In this document: positions 47,191 to 55,691 of the stretch, one piece after another
Numbering within the stretch: the stretch's first letter is position 1
How the letters are laid out: each line of letters begins with the position of its first letter
DNA from: Acidobacteriota bacterium
GTDB lineage: Bacteria > Acidobacteriota > Aminicenantia > Aminicenantales > Saccharicenantaceae
Direction of reading: 5' to 3'
NCBI GenBank assembly: GCA_029569255.1
Contig: JAKQUO010000019.1
Span: forward strand, 23,175-87,174
DNA: 64,000 nucleotides
The notes under the pieces: generated by a model
Told to the model about the DNA's origin: nothing
Seen by the model: only the letters and a program-made list of their open reading frames with translations
Database searches by the model: none
Made by a program: the position numbers and the translations under genes

Positions 47191-48441
47191 TTACCTGAAG
47201 AACACCAGCGTGACGACCGCGTAGAGCGGAATGAGGAGGGCGAAGGAATAGGCCATGTAGCCGAAGAACGAGGGCATCTTCAGCTTGTATTCCTCGGCGA
47301 TGACCTTGACCATGAAGTTCGGGCCGTTGCCGATGTACGAGTTGGCGCCCATGAAGACGGCGCCGGCGCTGATGGCCATGAGCATCGTCGTCGGGATGCC
47401 CAGCATCGGCCCGTCGAGGCCGAGGCCCTGGGCCATGGAGAAGAAGGCCAGGTAGGTCGGCGTGTTGTCGAGGAACGAGGACAGCGCGCCGGTGGCCCAG
47501 AAGAACTGCCAGGGCCGGGCGACGCCGAGGTCGGCCGCCCGGGCGCTGAGGATGAGCAGGGCCGGGACCATGGTGACGAAGATCCCGGCGAAGAGGACGG
47601 CCACCTCGATGATCGGGTTGTAGGTGAACCTGTTGTCGAGGCGGCACTGGCGCTTCGTCGTCAGGAGCGACAGGACGGCCATGAGGATGAGCGCGCCCTC
47701 GCGGCGCGGGAAGGGCTGGAAGACGCCGGCGATGACGCCGGCCAGCCAGAGGAAGTTGACCGTCCCGGTCAGGCGGAGGGGGACGACCCGGCGCCGGTCG
47801 CGGATGAGGTCCCGGCACTCCTCCTTGCGATACTGGACGCCGTCGTAGAGGTAGAACAAGAGGACGACGCCGCCGACCATGATGGCCCAGAGCGGGAAGA
47901 GGCGCAGGGTCCAGAAGAACGGCACGCCCTTGATGAAGCCCATGAACAGCGGCGGGTCGCCGAGCGGGGTCAGCAGGCCGCCGATGTTGGAGACGACGAA
48001 GATGAAGAAGATGGGGACGTGGAGCGTGCGCTTGCGCTCGGAGTTGGTCTGGAGCAGGGGCCGGATGAGGAGCATCGAGGCCCCGGTCGTGCCGATGAAG
48101 TTGGCCAGGACGGCCCCGACGAGGAGGAACAGGGCGTTGACCTCGGGCGTCGCCTTGAGGTCCCCCTTGAGGACGATGCCGCCCGAGATGATGAACAGGG
48201 CCGTGAGCAGGAGGAGGAACGAGGCGTAGTCCTTCATCGACAGGGCCAGCTCGTGGGGGGCGTTGAAAAGGAAGTAGACGGCGATCGGCAGGGACCAGAG
48301 GAAGGCCACCAGCCCCTTGTTCTTGTGGTCCTCCCAGAAGTGCGGGGCGCGGAGCGGCAGGAGGGCGATGGACAGCAGGAGGCCGACGAACGGGACGACC
48401 GTCCACAGCGACATCGTCCGGCCGAGCTCGTGAGCGCTCAT
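47191..48441 (-). CDS. NhaD/ArsB-superfamily ion transporter (putative Na+/H+ antiporter)
   Basis: 416 aa with about 11-12 TM helices and the ion-transporter-superfamily pattern (YbiR/NhaD-like). Confidence 0.7.
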   Translation of the reverse strand: MSAHELGRTMSLWTVVPFVGLLLSIALLPLRAPHFWEDHKNKGLVAFLWSLPIAVYFLFNAPHELALSMKDYASFLLLLTALFIISGGIVLKGDLKATPEVNALFLLVGAVLANFIGTTGASMLLIRPLLQTNSERKRTLHVPIFFIFVVSNIGGLLTPLGDPPLFMGFIKGVPFFWTLRLFPLWAIMVGGVVLLFYLYDGVQYRKEECRDLIRDRRRVVPLRLTGTVNFLWLAGVIAGVFQPFPRREGALILMAVLSLLTTKRQCRLDNRFTYNPIIEVAVLFAGIFVTMVPALLILSARAADLGVARPWQFFWATGALSSFLDNTPTYLAFFSMAQGLGLDGPMLGIPTTMLMAISAGAVFMGANSYIGNGPNFMVKVIAEEYKLKMPSFFGYMAYSFALLIPLYAVVTLVFFR

Positions 48442-48522
48442 AAGAGGCGTATTGTAGCGGAAGCGGGGCTTATTTCAAGGGCCGGCGCGTTTTCGGCCGA
48501 AGGCGGCGGCCGCCCCGCCGCT

Positions 48523-49383
48523 TCAAGGCAGGAAGACCGTGGAGAGATGGTAGGCCCGGGGCGGCAGCTTGCGCCGCAGGGCCTTCCTCTCGAAGAGGCG
48601 GATCCCGGAGCCGTCGTCGCTCGGCGGGGTCAGGAAGACGAACGCGGCCCCGGCGGCCCAGAGCGCTTCGAGGAGCTCGAGCGGCAGGCCGCGTTCGACG
48701 CGGACCACGGCCCGCGAGCCCGCCCGCGAGGCGGCCGCGGCGATGGCGACGGCCCGCTCGGCCGCCGGTTCCTCGGCCAGGCCCTCGTCCCCGAAATGGA
48801 TCCAGGCCCCCCGGCCCGCCGTCCCGGCCAGGCCGTCGGCCGGCGGCCCGACGTGATAGAGGACGAAGTAGGCCCGGCCCTTCTTCGCGGCGGCGGCCAG
48901 GCTCGCCAGGGCCGCGGCGTCCCGGGGATGGGTCCGGTCGGAGATGTGGAAGTCCAGGCCCGCCCCGAGCAGGTCCTCGAGGTCCTGGAAGGACGGGCCG
49001 GAGGCGGCTTCGGCGCCGGGCAGGGGGCCGGCCCAGAAGACCGAAAGGCGCGCGCCGCCCTTGCGGCAGGCGGCCAGCAGGACCTCCCACTCGTCGGCCC
49101 GAGGCCGGGCCTCGTCCGAGGTCAGGACGCGCGCCCCGGCGCGGGCCAGGGCCTCGACCTCGACGAGCCCGAACCGGCCCGTGTCGAGGACGCTGAGGGG
49201 GATGCGGCGGCGGCGGGCGTAGGCGGCGGCGTCGAGGAGGGCCTCGTGGCCGAACTGGTCGTCGCGGATGACGAGGTCCTGGCGCGTCCGGACGCGGTCC
49301 ATGAGCTCGTAGGTCCGAACGACACCGGCCACGCCCTCGGCGATCGTCTTTTCGCTCATCTGCGGAATTTCAAGATATACCAC
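48523..49383 (-). CDS. Hypothetical protein
   Basis: 286 aa with good GC3 periodicity. No family recognised. Confidence 0.4.
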   Translation of the reverse strand: MVYLEIPQMSEKTIAEGVAGVVRTYELMDRVRTRQDLVIRDDQFGHEALLDAAAYARRRRIPLSVLDTGRFGLVEVEALARAGARVLTSDEARPRADEWEVLLAACRKGGARLSVFWAGPLPGAEAASGPSFQDLEDLLGAGLDFHISDRTHPRDAAALASLAAAAKKGRAYFVLYHVGPPADGLAGTAGRGAWIHFGDEGLAEEPAAERAVAIAAAASRAGSRAVVRVERGLPLELLEALWAAGAAFVFLTPPSDDGSGIRLFERKALRRKLPPRAYHLSTVFLP

Positions 49384-49730
49384 CCCGCCCGGAGGCTGTC
49401 AAACGCTCGAGGGCCGAGTCGCTCCCCGGCTAGGCCGCGGAGCGACTCGGAGCATTACCTCGCCCTCATGGGAAAAGTTCGAAGACGCCGGGACGTGCGC
49501 CGGACTCGGCGCCAAAACAACTCGCTCGCCGTTCGCTACGGCTCGCTCAAACACGTTTTGTCGGTTTCCAGGGAAACTGCCCTCGTCCGCCACGCGTCCC
49601 GGCTGAACTTTTCCAAATCGGGCTCGGCAACGCTCCTCGCCGCTTCATTGCGGCCTCCTCGGGAAATCCCTCGGCGCCGTTTCGCTCGCCGGGCACCGGC
49701 AAACGGCCGCGGATGAGGGGCTGAGGGGTG

Positions 49731-49856
49731 GCATCGGAGTGAACATAAAGCGGTGAAATAGCCGGCATCGGTGTCTGAAAACCCGGGACACGTACAAGTA
49801 CATGTCCCGTTTTCAGGCCCCGGGACGGCGTGAAGTTTCACCGCAGTGAACGGAGA
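49731..49856. repeat. Left copy of ~120-bp palindromic inverted repeat bracketing the que cluster
   Basis: About 117 bp with 3 mismatches to the reverse complement of 53133-53253. It contains the internal palindrome TGAAAACCCGGGACACGTAC-A-AGTACATGTCCCGTTTTCA and outer arms GCGGTGAAA/TTTCACCGC. Confidence 0.8.
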
Positions 49857-49896
49857 TGACCCCCGAGGCCCTGCCGCGGCCGGCTGGGGCAGCGCC

Positions 49897-49925
49897 TTGA
49901 TATTGGCGCGGACGTCCTTTATCAT
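49897..49925 (+). promoter_or_regulatory. Candidate queC promoter TTGATA-N17-TATCAT
   Basis: Lies about 20 nt upstream of the GGAGGAG RBS and the GTG start of queC. Confidence 0.5.
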
Positions 49926-49945
49926 CTTCGCGGAGGAGAAGCGTC

Positions 49946-50644
49946 GTGACCTCGTGCGTGGTCCTGTTCTCGGGCGGGCTCGACTCGACGACGGCCCTGG
50001 CCTGGGCGCTCGACCGCTACGACCGGGTCCAGGCCCTGACTTTCGATTACGGCCAGAGGCACCGCGCCGAGGTCCGTTCGGCCCGCCTGACGGCCCGGCG
50101 CCTCGGCGTCCCGCACGCCGTCCTCAAGGTCGACCTGCGGCCCGTCGGCGGCTCGGCCCTGACCGACCCCCGCGCTCCCCTCCCCCGCCCGAAGCGCGCG
50201 TCGAAGCCGCGGACCGGGCCGCCGGCGACCTACGTCCCGTTCCGCAACGGCGTCTTCCTCGCCCTGGCCGCCGCCTGGGCCGAGGCCCGCGGCCTGCGCG
50301 ACCTCGTCTGCGGCTTCCACGTCGCCGACTCCCCCGGCTACCCCGACACGACGAAGGCCTTCGTCAGGGCCATGGAGAGGGCCATCCGGGCCGGGACCGG
50401 GGCCGCTTTCGGCGCCTCCCCCGCGCCCCGGATCGTCGCGCCGCTCCTCGGCCTGGACAAGCCGGGGATCATCCGGCTCGGCCTCCGGCACGGCGCCGAC
50501 TATTCGCGGACCGTCTCCTGCTACGCCGGCGGGGAGCGCCCCTGCGGGACGTGCGCGTCCTGCCGCTACCGGGCCCGGGCCTGGAGGGCCGTCGGCCGCG
50601 AAGACCCCCTCCTCGCCCGCCTCAGAAAGGAAGGACAGCCATGA
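49946..50644 (+). CDS. queC: 7-cyano-7-deazaguanine synthase
   Basis: LFSGGLDSTT PP-loop plus a C-terminal Cys cluster (CYAGGERPCGTCASC). Confidence 0.85.
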   Translation: MTSCVVLFSGGLDSTTALAWALDRYDRVQALTFDYGQRHRAEVRSARLTARRLGVPHAVLKVDLRPVGGSALTDPRAPLPRPKRASKPRTGPPATYVPFRNGVFLALAAAWAEARGLRDLVCGFHVADSPGYPDTTKAFVRAMERAIRAGTGAAFGASPAPRIVAPLLGLDKPGIIRLGLRHGADYSRTVSCYAGGERPCGTCASCRYRARAWRAVGREDPLLARLRKEGQP

Positions 50645-50988
50645 GTTGGACGCTCAAGGTCCGCGACAGGTTCTCGGCCGCCCACTACCTCGAGGGATAC
50701 AGGGGCAAGTGCGAGAAGGTCCACGGCCACACCTTCCGGGTCGAGGTCGCGGTCCGGGCCCGGGAGCTCGACGGGGCCGGGATCGGCTACGACTTCACCG
50801 AGATCAGGAAGGCCCTGGCCGCCGTCCTCCCCGACCACGCTTTCCTCAACGAGGCCTTCCCCTTCAACCCTTCCGCCGAGAACCTGGCCCGCCACTTCTA
50901 CGGCGAGCTCAAGAGGTCCTACCCGGTCGCGTCCGTGACCGTCTGGGAGTCCGAAGATGCCTCGGCCACCTACGCTGAAGACGACTGA
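50641..50988 (+). CDS. queD: 6-carboxy-5,6,7,8-tetrahydropterin synthase
   Basis: 115 aa with a CEKVHGH zinc motif. ATGA overlap with queC. Confidence 0.85.
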   Translation: MSWTLKVRDRFSAAHYLEGYRGKCEKVHGHTFRVEVAVRARELDGAGIGYDFTEIRKALAAVLPDHAFLNEAFPFNPSAENLARHFYGELKRSYPVASVTVWESEDASATYAEDD

Positions 50989-51586
50989 GGTCTTCGCCTC
51001 GGTCCAGGGCGAGGGCCTCCGCCAGGGCGAGCCGACCGTTTTCATCCGCCTGGCCGGCTGCAACCTCCGCTGCGGCTTCTGCGACACCAAGCGGGCCTGG
51101 CGGGGCGGCCGGGAGAGGACGGTCGCCGGGATCGTCGGGGAGGCGGTCCGCCTCCGCCGCCGCCTTCCCGCGGCCTGGGCCTGCGTGACCGGCGGCGAAC
51201 CCCTGGCCCAGGACGTCGGCCCGCTCCTCCGGGCTCTCGGCGCCGCCGGGTTCAAGGTCCAGGTCGAGACGAACGGGACGTTCCCGCCCGTCGCCGGCGC
51301 CGACTGGCTCACGGCCTCGCCCAAGCCGCCGGACTACGATGCCCACCCCGGTATAATAAAGGAAGCGCGGGAGGTCAAGTTGGTCGCCTGCCGGTCGCTC
51401 ACGCTCGACGCCGTGAGGGCCGTCCGGGCGGCCTTCCCCCGGCGGACGCCGCTCCTCATCCAGCCGCAGTCGAACGCCGCCTGGAGCCGGGAGCGCGCGC
51501 TCGGGCTCCTGCGGGGAGCGGCCCGGTCGGGGCTCGAGGGCGTCCGCCTGGCGGTCCAGCTGCACCGGATCTACAAGGTTCGTTAG
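50957..51586 (+). CDS. queE: 7-carboxy-7-deazaguanine synthase (radical SAM)
   Basis: CNLRCGFC cluster motif and a QueE-like length of 209 aa. Confidence 0.8.
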   Translation: MPRPPTLKTTEVFASVQGEGLRQGEPTVFIRLAGCNLRCGFCDTKRAWRGGRERTVAGIVGEAVRLRRRLPAAWACVTGGEPLAQDVGPLLRALGAAGFKVQVETNGTFPPVAGADWLTASPKPPDYDAHPGIIKEAREVKLVACRSLTLDAVRAVRAAFPRRTPLLIQPQSNAAWSRERALGLLRGAARSGLEGVRLAVQLHRIYKVR

Positions 51587-51597
51587 CCCGGGCCGGC

Positions 51598-52572
51598 CTA
51601 TCCGGCGTCCCCCGCGCGGGCGTCCTCCCGGGCGGTCCGGCGCTCGAAGAACCGGTAGCCCGAGCGCGTCAGGTAGACGCCCGCCAGGGTGACGGCCGCC
51701 CCGAGCGCCTGAAGCGCGGTCAGGCGCTCGCCGAGGACGAGGCCGGCGACCAGAATGGACAGGATGGGGGTCAGGTTGCCGTAGATGCCGGTCTTGGCGC
51801 TGCCGACCCTCTTGACCGACTGGTACCATATGGCGAAGCAGAGGAAGATGGCCACCAGGCCCGAATAGGCGATGGCCCCCCAGCCCTGCCAAGGGACGCG
51901 GGCCCACTCGATCCGGACGAGGTCCGCGGCCGCGAAGGGGAGGTAGACCAGGGTCCCGGCGACCGTCCCCAGGGCCGCCACGGGGAAGGCCGGGTTCCGA
52001 TCGAGAAGGGGTTTGGCGAAGACGGTGTAGCCGGCCCAGAAGGCGTTGGCGGCCAGGATCAGCGCGGCCCCGCGCCACGCCTCCCAGGCGAAGACGTGCC
52101 CCCCGTTCTCCCCGGAGATGACGAGGAGGAAGCCGCCGAGGGAGATGACGATGCCGGCCCAGCCGGCGAGCGAGATCCTCTCCTCGCCGACGGCCGTGGC
52201 CAGCAGGGCGATGAAGAGGGGGCTGGTGCCCATGACGATCGAGGCCGTCGAGGCGTTCATCGCGCTGAGGCCCCGGATGAAGACGACCTGGTAGCCCGTG
52301 ATCCCGAGAAGCCCCAGCCCGGCCGCCTTCCAGACGTCGTTCCTCCGGGCCAGGCGGAACATCCGAGGCCGGGCCAGGAGAACGGCCAGATAGGCGGCCG
52401 CCGCGAGGCCCAGCCGGACGGCGTTGAAGCCGTGCGGCGAGAGCGAGCGCAGGCCGATCTTCAGCACCGAGACATTGACGGCCCAGAGCGCGACGACCAG
52501 GACGATCAGGAGGTCGGTCGGGCCCAGGCGGGCGCCGTTCCCCGTCCCGCCCGGTTCCGTCGTCCGGCTCAT
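51598..52572 (-). CDS. DMT superfamily (EamA-like) transporter
   Basis: 324 aa with 10 predicted TM helices and two EamA-type repeats. Confidence 0.7.
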   Translation of the reverse strand: MSRTTEPGGTGNGARLGPTDLLIVLVVALWAVNVSVLKIGLRSLSPHGFNAVRLGLAAAAYLAVLLARPRMFRLARRNDVWKAAGLGLLGITGYQVVFIRGLSAMNASTASIVMGTSPLFIALLATAVGEERISLAGWAGIVISLGGFLLVISGENGGHVFAWEAWRGAALILAANAFWAGYTVFAKPLLDRNPAFPVAALGTVAGTLVYLPFAAADLVRIEWARVPWQGWGAIAYSGLVAIFLCFAIWYQSVKRVGSAKTGIYGNLTPILSILVAGLVLGERLTALQALGAAVTLAGVYLTRSGYRFFERRTAREDARAGDAG

Positions 52573-52623
52573 GTCTCGTTCCTGGAAGGGAAAATGGGGC
52601 CCGGGATAAGCGGGGTCTCCGTC

Positions 52624-53022
52624 TCAGGCCCGCCGCGGCTTCGGCCGGGGGTATCGGGCCTCGACGACCGAGCTCAGGCCGCCGCGGGGATTGAACTCGC
52701 CCCGGACGAGGGCCGCCTTGGGGCGGCAGGCCCGGACGACGTCCTCGAGGACGCGGTTGACGGCGTTCTCGTAGAAGATGCCCAGGTTGCGGTAGGCCAG
52801 GAAGTATTCCTTGAGGGACTTGAGCTCGAGGACGCGCCCGGCGGGCGCGTAGCGCAGGGTGATCCGCCCGAAATCGGGCCGGCCCGTCTTCGGGCAGACG
52901 GAGGTGAACTCGGGGAACTCGACGGCGATCTCGTAGTCCGGGAACTGGTTGGGGAAGGTCTCGAGCGGCGGCAGCTTGGCGTCCAGGCCGGCCTTGGCCT
53001 CGCGGTCGGTGTATCGGGGCAT
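52624..53022 (-). CDS. queF: NADPH-dependent 7-cyano-7-deazaguanine reductase (unimodular)
   Basis: Begins at the internal Met MPRYTD. It has the QueF motif EFTSVCPKTGRPDFG. Confidence 0.85.
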   Translation of the reverse strand: MPRYTDREAKAGLDAKLPPLETFPNQFPDYEIAVEFPEFTSVCPKTGRPDFGRITLRYAPAGRVLELKSLKEYFLAYRNLGIFYENAVNRVLEDVVRACRPKAALVRGEFNPRGGLSSVVEARYPRPKPRRA

Positions 53023-53052
53023 CCTCGTTCTCCCAACTCCTTGAAAGAACCA

Positions 53053-53081
53053 ATGATACACGAATCGTCCGGGCCACACAA
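53053..53081 (-). promoter_or_regulatory. Candidate queF promoter TTGTGT-N17-TATCAT
   Basis: Read on the minus strand. Its spacer resembles that of the queC promoter. Confidence 0.45.
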
Positions 53082-53132
53082 CTGAGCCCCTCGCTTGTCT
53101 TGCTACGGCCGCGGAGGGGCTTCGGGGATCCG

Positions 53133-53253
53133 CTCCGTTCGCTGCGGTGAAACTTCACGCCGTCCCGGGGCCTGAAAACGGGACATGTACTTGTACGTGT
53201 CCCGGGTTTTCAGACACCGATGACGGCTATTTCACCGCTTTATGCTCACTCCG
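53133..53253. repeat. Right copy of ~120-bp palindromic inverted repeat bracketing the que cluster
   Basis: It is the reverse complement of 49731-49856 with about 97% identity. Weaker similarity continues on both sides. Confidence 0.8.
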
Positions 53254-53404
53254 GGATACCCCTCGGCCCCTCTTTCCGCGACCTCCTTCATGAAGGGGAC
53301 ATTATCGCTCGGCTATCACAGCGGGGGCAACGGGCATTCTCCAAGCGCCGCGGTTTCACTATAATAAGGAAGCGAGTTCCGGCCGGACGAACGAGGGATC
53401 CCTG

Positions 53405-53608
53405 ATGAGCGAATGCAAGAGCGCCAAGACGATGAGCCGGTGCAACTGCACCTACGAGCCCTGCCCCCGCAAGGGCGTCTGCTGCGACTGCCTGGCCTAC
53501 CACTGGCGGAACCGGGAGCTGCCGGCCTGCCTGTTCCCGGACGACGCCGAGAGGACCTGGGACCGGTCCCTCCGCCGCTTCATCGAGATCTACAAGGACG
53601 AGGCCTGA
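53405..53608 (+). CDS. Small Cys-rich protein (8 Cys in 67 aa)
   Basis: MSECKSAKTMSRCNCTYEPCPRKGVCCDCLAYHW... The stop overlaps the ATG of the next gene (TGATG). Confidence 0.55.
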   Translation: MSECKSAKTMSRCNCTYEPCPRKGVCCDCLAYHWRNRELPACLFPDDAERTWDRSLRRFIEIYKDEA

Positions 53609-54543
53609 TGGCCGGCCGCCGCTTCGTCTACGGGCCTGTGGCCTCGCGCCGGCTGGGCTTCTCGCTCGGCGTCGACATCATCCCCTACAAGACCTGCACG
53701 CTCGACTGCGTCTACTGCCAGCTCGGCTCGACGGGGAAGACGACCGCCCGGCGCCGGAGCTTCGTCCCGCCCGCGAAGGTCCTGGCCCAGGTCAGGGCGG
53801 CCGTCGCCTCCGGGACGAAGATCGACGTCATCACCTTCTCGGGCTCCGGCGAGCCGACCCTGAACAAGGACATCGGGCGGCTCATCCGGGCGATCAAGCG
53901 GACGACCCGCATCCCCGTCGCCGTCCTGACCAACGGGACGCTCCTCACGCGCCGGGACGTCCGCCGCGACCTGGCCGCGGCCGACATCGTCGTCCCATCG
54001 CTCGACGCCGTCCCGGCCGCGCTCTTCCGCCGCGTCAACCGTCCCCACGCCGGGATCGCCAGCGCCGGGGTCGTCGACGGCCTGGCCCGCTTCCGCGACG
54101 AGTTCGCCGGCGAGATCCGCCTGGAGGTCATGCTGGTCAAGGGGATCAACGATTCCCCGGCCGCGATCGCCGCGCTCAAGGCCGCCGTGGCCCGCATCCG
54201 GCCGGACCGGATCGAGCTGAACACCGTCGTCCGCCCGCCCGCGGAACGGCGGGCCGGGGCGCTCGGACCGGCCGACCTCGAGAAGGTCCGCGCCGCCCTC
54301 GGGCCGCGGGCGCGGATCGTGGCCCCGTTCTCCAGGCGCAAGCCGGCCCCGGCCGCGGGCGGCCTGGAGCGGGCCGTCCTGGCCACGGTCGCGCGGCGTC
54401 CCCAGACGGCGGAGGACATCGCTGTCGCCCTCGGCCGGCACCGCGACGAGGTCCTCAAGACGCTCGCCGCCCTCCTCACCCGGGGCCGGGCCCGCGTGCT
54501 CGTCCACGGCGGCCGGACCTATTTCGCCGGCCGGGGCGCCTAG
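53608..54543 (+). CDS. Radical SAM protein (single CxxxCxxC cluster) with C-terminal winged-helix-like domain
   Basis: CTLDCVYC at residues ~30-37 and a glycine-rich GSGEPTL motif. No additional Cys clusters. C-terminal RAVLATVARRPQTAEDIAVALGRHRDEVLKTLAALLTRGRARVLV. Confidence 0.7.
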   Translation: MAGRRFVYGPVASRRLGFSLGVDIIPYKTCTLDCVYCQLGSTGKTTARRRSFVPPAKVLAQVRAAVASGTKIDVITFSGSGEPTLNKDIGRLIRAIKRTTRIPVAVLTNGTLLTRRDVRRDLAAADIVVPSLDAVPAALFRRVNRPHAGIASAGVVDGLARFRDEFAGEIRLEVMLVKGINDSPAAIAALKAAVARIRPDRIELNTVVRPPAERRAGALGPADLEKVRAALGPRARIVAPFSRRKPAPAAGGLERAVLATVARRPQTAEDIAVALGRHRDEVLKTLAALLTRGRARVLVHGGRTYFAGRGA

Positions 54544-54725
54544 CCTTTACTCGCCGTCCGGCGCTGTGATAGCATTGCGTTTCTTGGGGGCCCGAGCCTC
54601 GGGCCCGATCCCTCGACGAGGTGACGCCTTCTTCAAGCCCGGAACGGCCCTCGACCGACAGCGCGGGTCCCCGCGTCACCGGACCCTTCGTTCGGCCGCC
54701 GGAAACCACCCCAAAGGAGCGCGAC

Positions 54726-55691
54726 ATGTTCGTTAACACCAACTTCCCCAAGGCCCGGAGATACTGGCACAACGGGGCGTTCCACGACTGGTCCGAGGGC
54801 GGCCTCCATCCCGCGATGCACGCCCTCCACTACGGTTCCTGCATCTTCGAGGGCATCCGGGCCTACGGCACGGCCAAGGGCCCGGCCGTCTTCCGCCTGC
54901 CGGAGCACAACGACCGCTTCCTCCTCTCGGCCGATGCGGCCCGGATGGCATGCCCCCATACGAAAGACCAGATCGCGGACCTCATCAAGCGGACCGTCCG
55001 GGAGAACGGCCTGGACAGCTGCTACATCCGCCCGCTCCTCTTCTATTCCTACGGCAACCTCGGCCTCGTGCCCAAGGCCTGCCCCGTCGAGCTGTTCATC
55101 TGCGCCTGGGAGTGGGGCGCCTACCTCGGCGAGAACGCCGCCCGCGGCGTCAACACCCTCATCGTGCCCGAGCGCCGCATCCACCACACCCAGTTCAACA
55201 TGTCGGCCAAGCTCGGCGGCGTCTATGTCCAGTCGATGATCGCCGGCCTCGACGCGCGCCGGGGGGGCTTCGACGAGGCCGTCTTCCTGAACATGGAGGG
55301 CCGCGTCGCCGAGGGGCCCGGCCAGAACGTCTTCATCGTCAAGGGCCGGAAGCTCGTCACCAACGGCCGGACCGAGTCCGCCCTCGAGGGCATCACCCGG
55401 ACGAGCATCCTCGAGCTCGGACGCGACCTCGGCTACGAGACCGAGGTCGGGCCGATCGCCAAGGAGGACCTCTTCGGCGCCGACGAGGCCTTCTACTGCG
55501 GCACGGCCGTGGAGATCATCCCCATCGTGACCGTGACCGACGGCTCCGACCCGGCCGGTCCCCGGACGAAGCGCGTCATCGGCTCCGGCAAGCCCGGCCC
55601 GGTCGTCCAAGGGCTGATCCAGGCCTTCCAGGACGCCGTCCACGGCCGAGCGCCCCGCTACGAGAAGTGGCTGACCCACGTCGGGAAGTAG
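54726..55691 (+). CDS. ilvE: Branched-chain amino acid aminotransferase (class IV)
   Basis: 322 aa from the Met MFVNTNF. Fold type IV motifs are present (EGIRAY, YIRPL, NVFIVKG). Confidence 0.85.
   Translation: MFVNTNFPKARRYWHNGAFHDWSEGGLHPAMHALHYGSCIFEGIRAYGTAKGPAVFRLPEHNDRFLLSADAARMACPHTKDQIADLIKRTVRENGLDSCYIRPLLFYSYGNLGLVPKACPVELFICAWEWGAYLGENAARGVNTLIVPERRIHHTQFNMSAKLGGVYVQSMIAGLDARRGGFDEAVFLNMEGRVAEGPGQNVFIVKGRKLVTNGRTESALEGITRTSILELGRDLGYETEVGPIAKEDLFGADEAFYCGTAVEIIPIVTVTDGSDPAGPRTKRVIGSGKPGPVVQGLIQAFQDAVHGRAPRYEKWLTHVGK

Noticed and set aside
49860-49945. Possible preQ1 riboswitch in front of queC and queF
   Set aside because: The predicted leaders between the -10 boxes and the start codons are only about 30 nt. 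Nothing resembling the preQ1-I hairpin plus A-rich tail is present. Regulation therefore more likely involves the upstream palindromic repeats.
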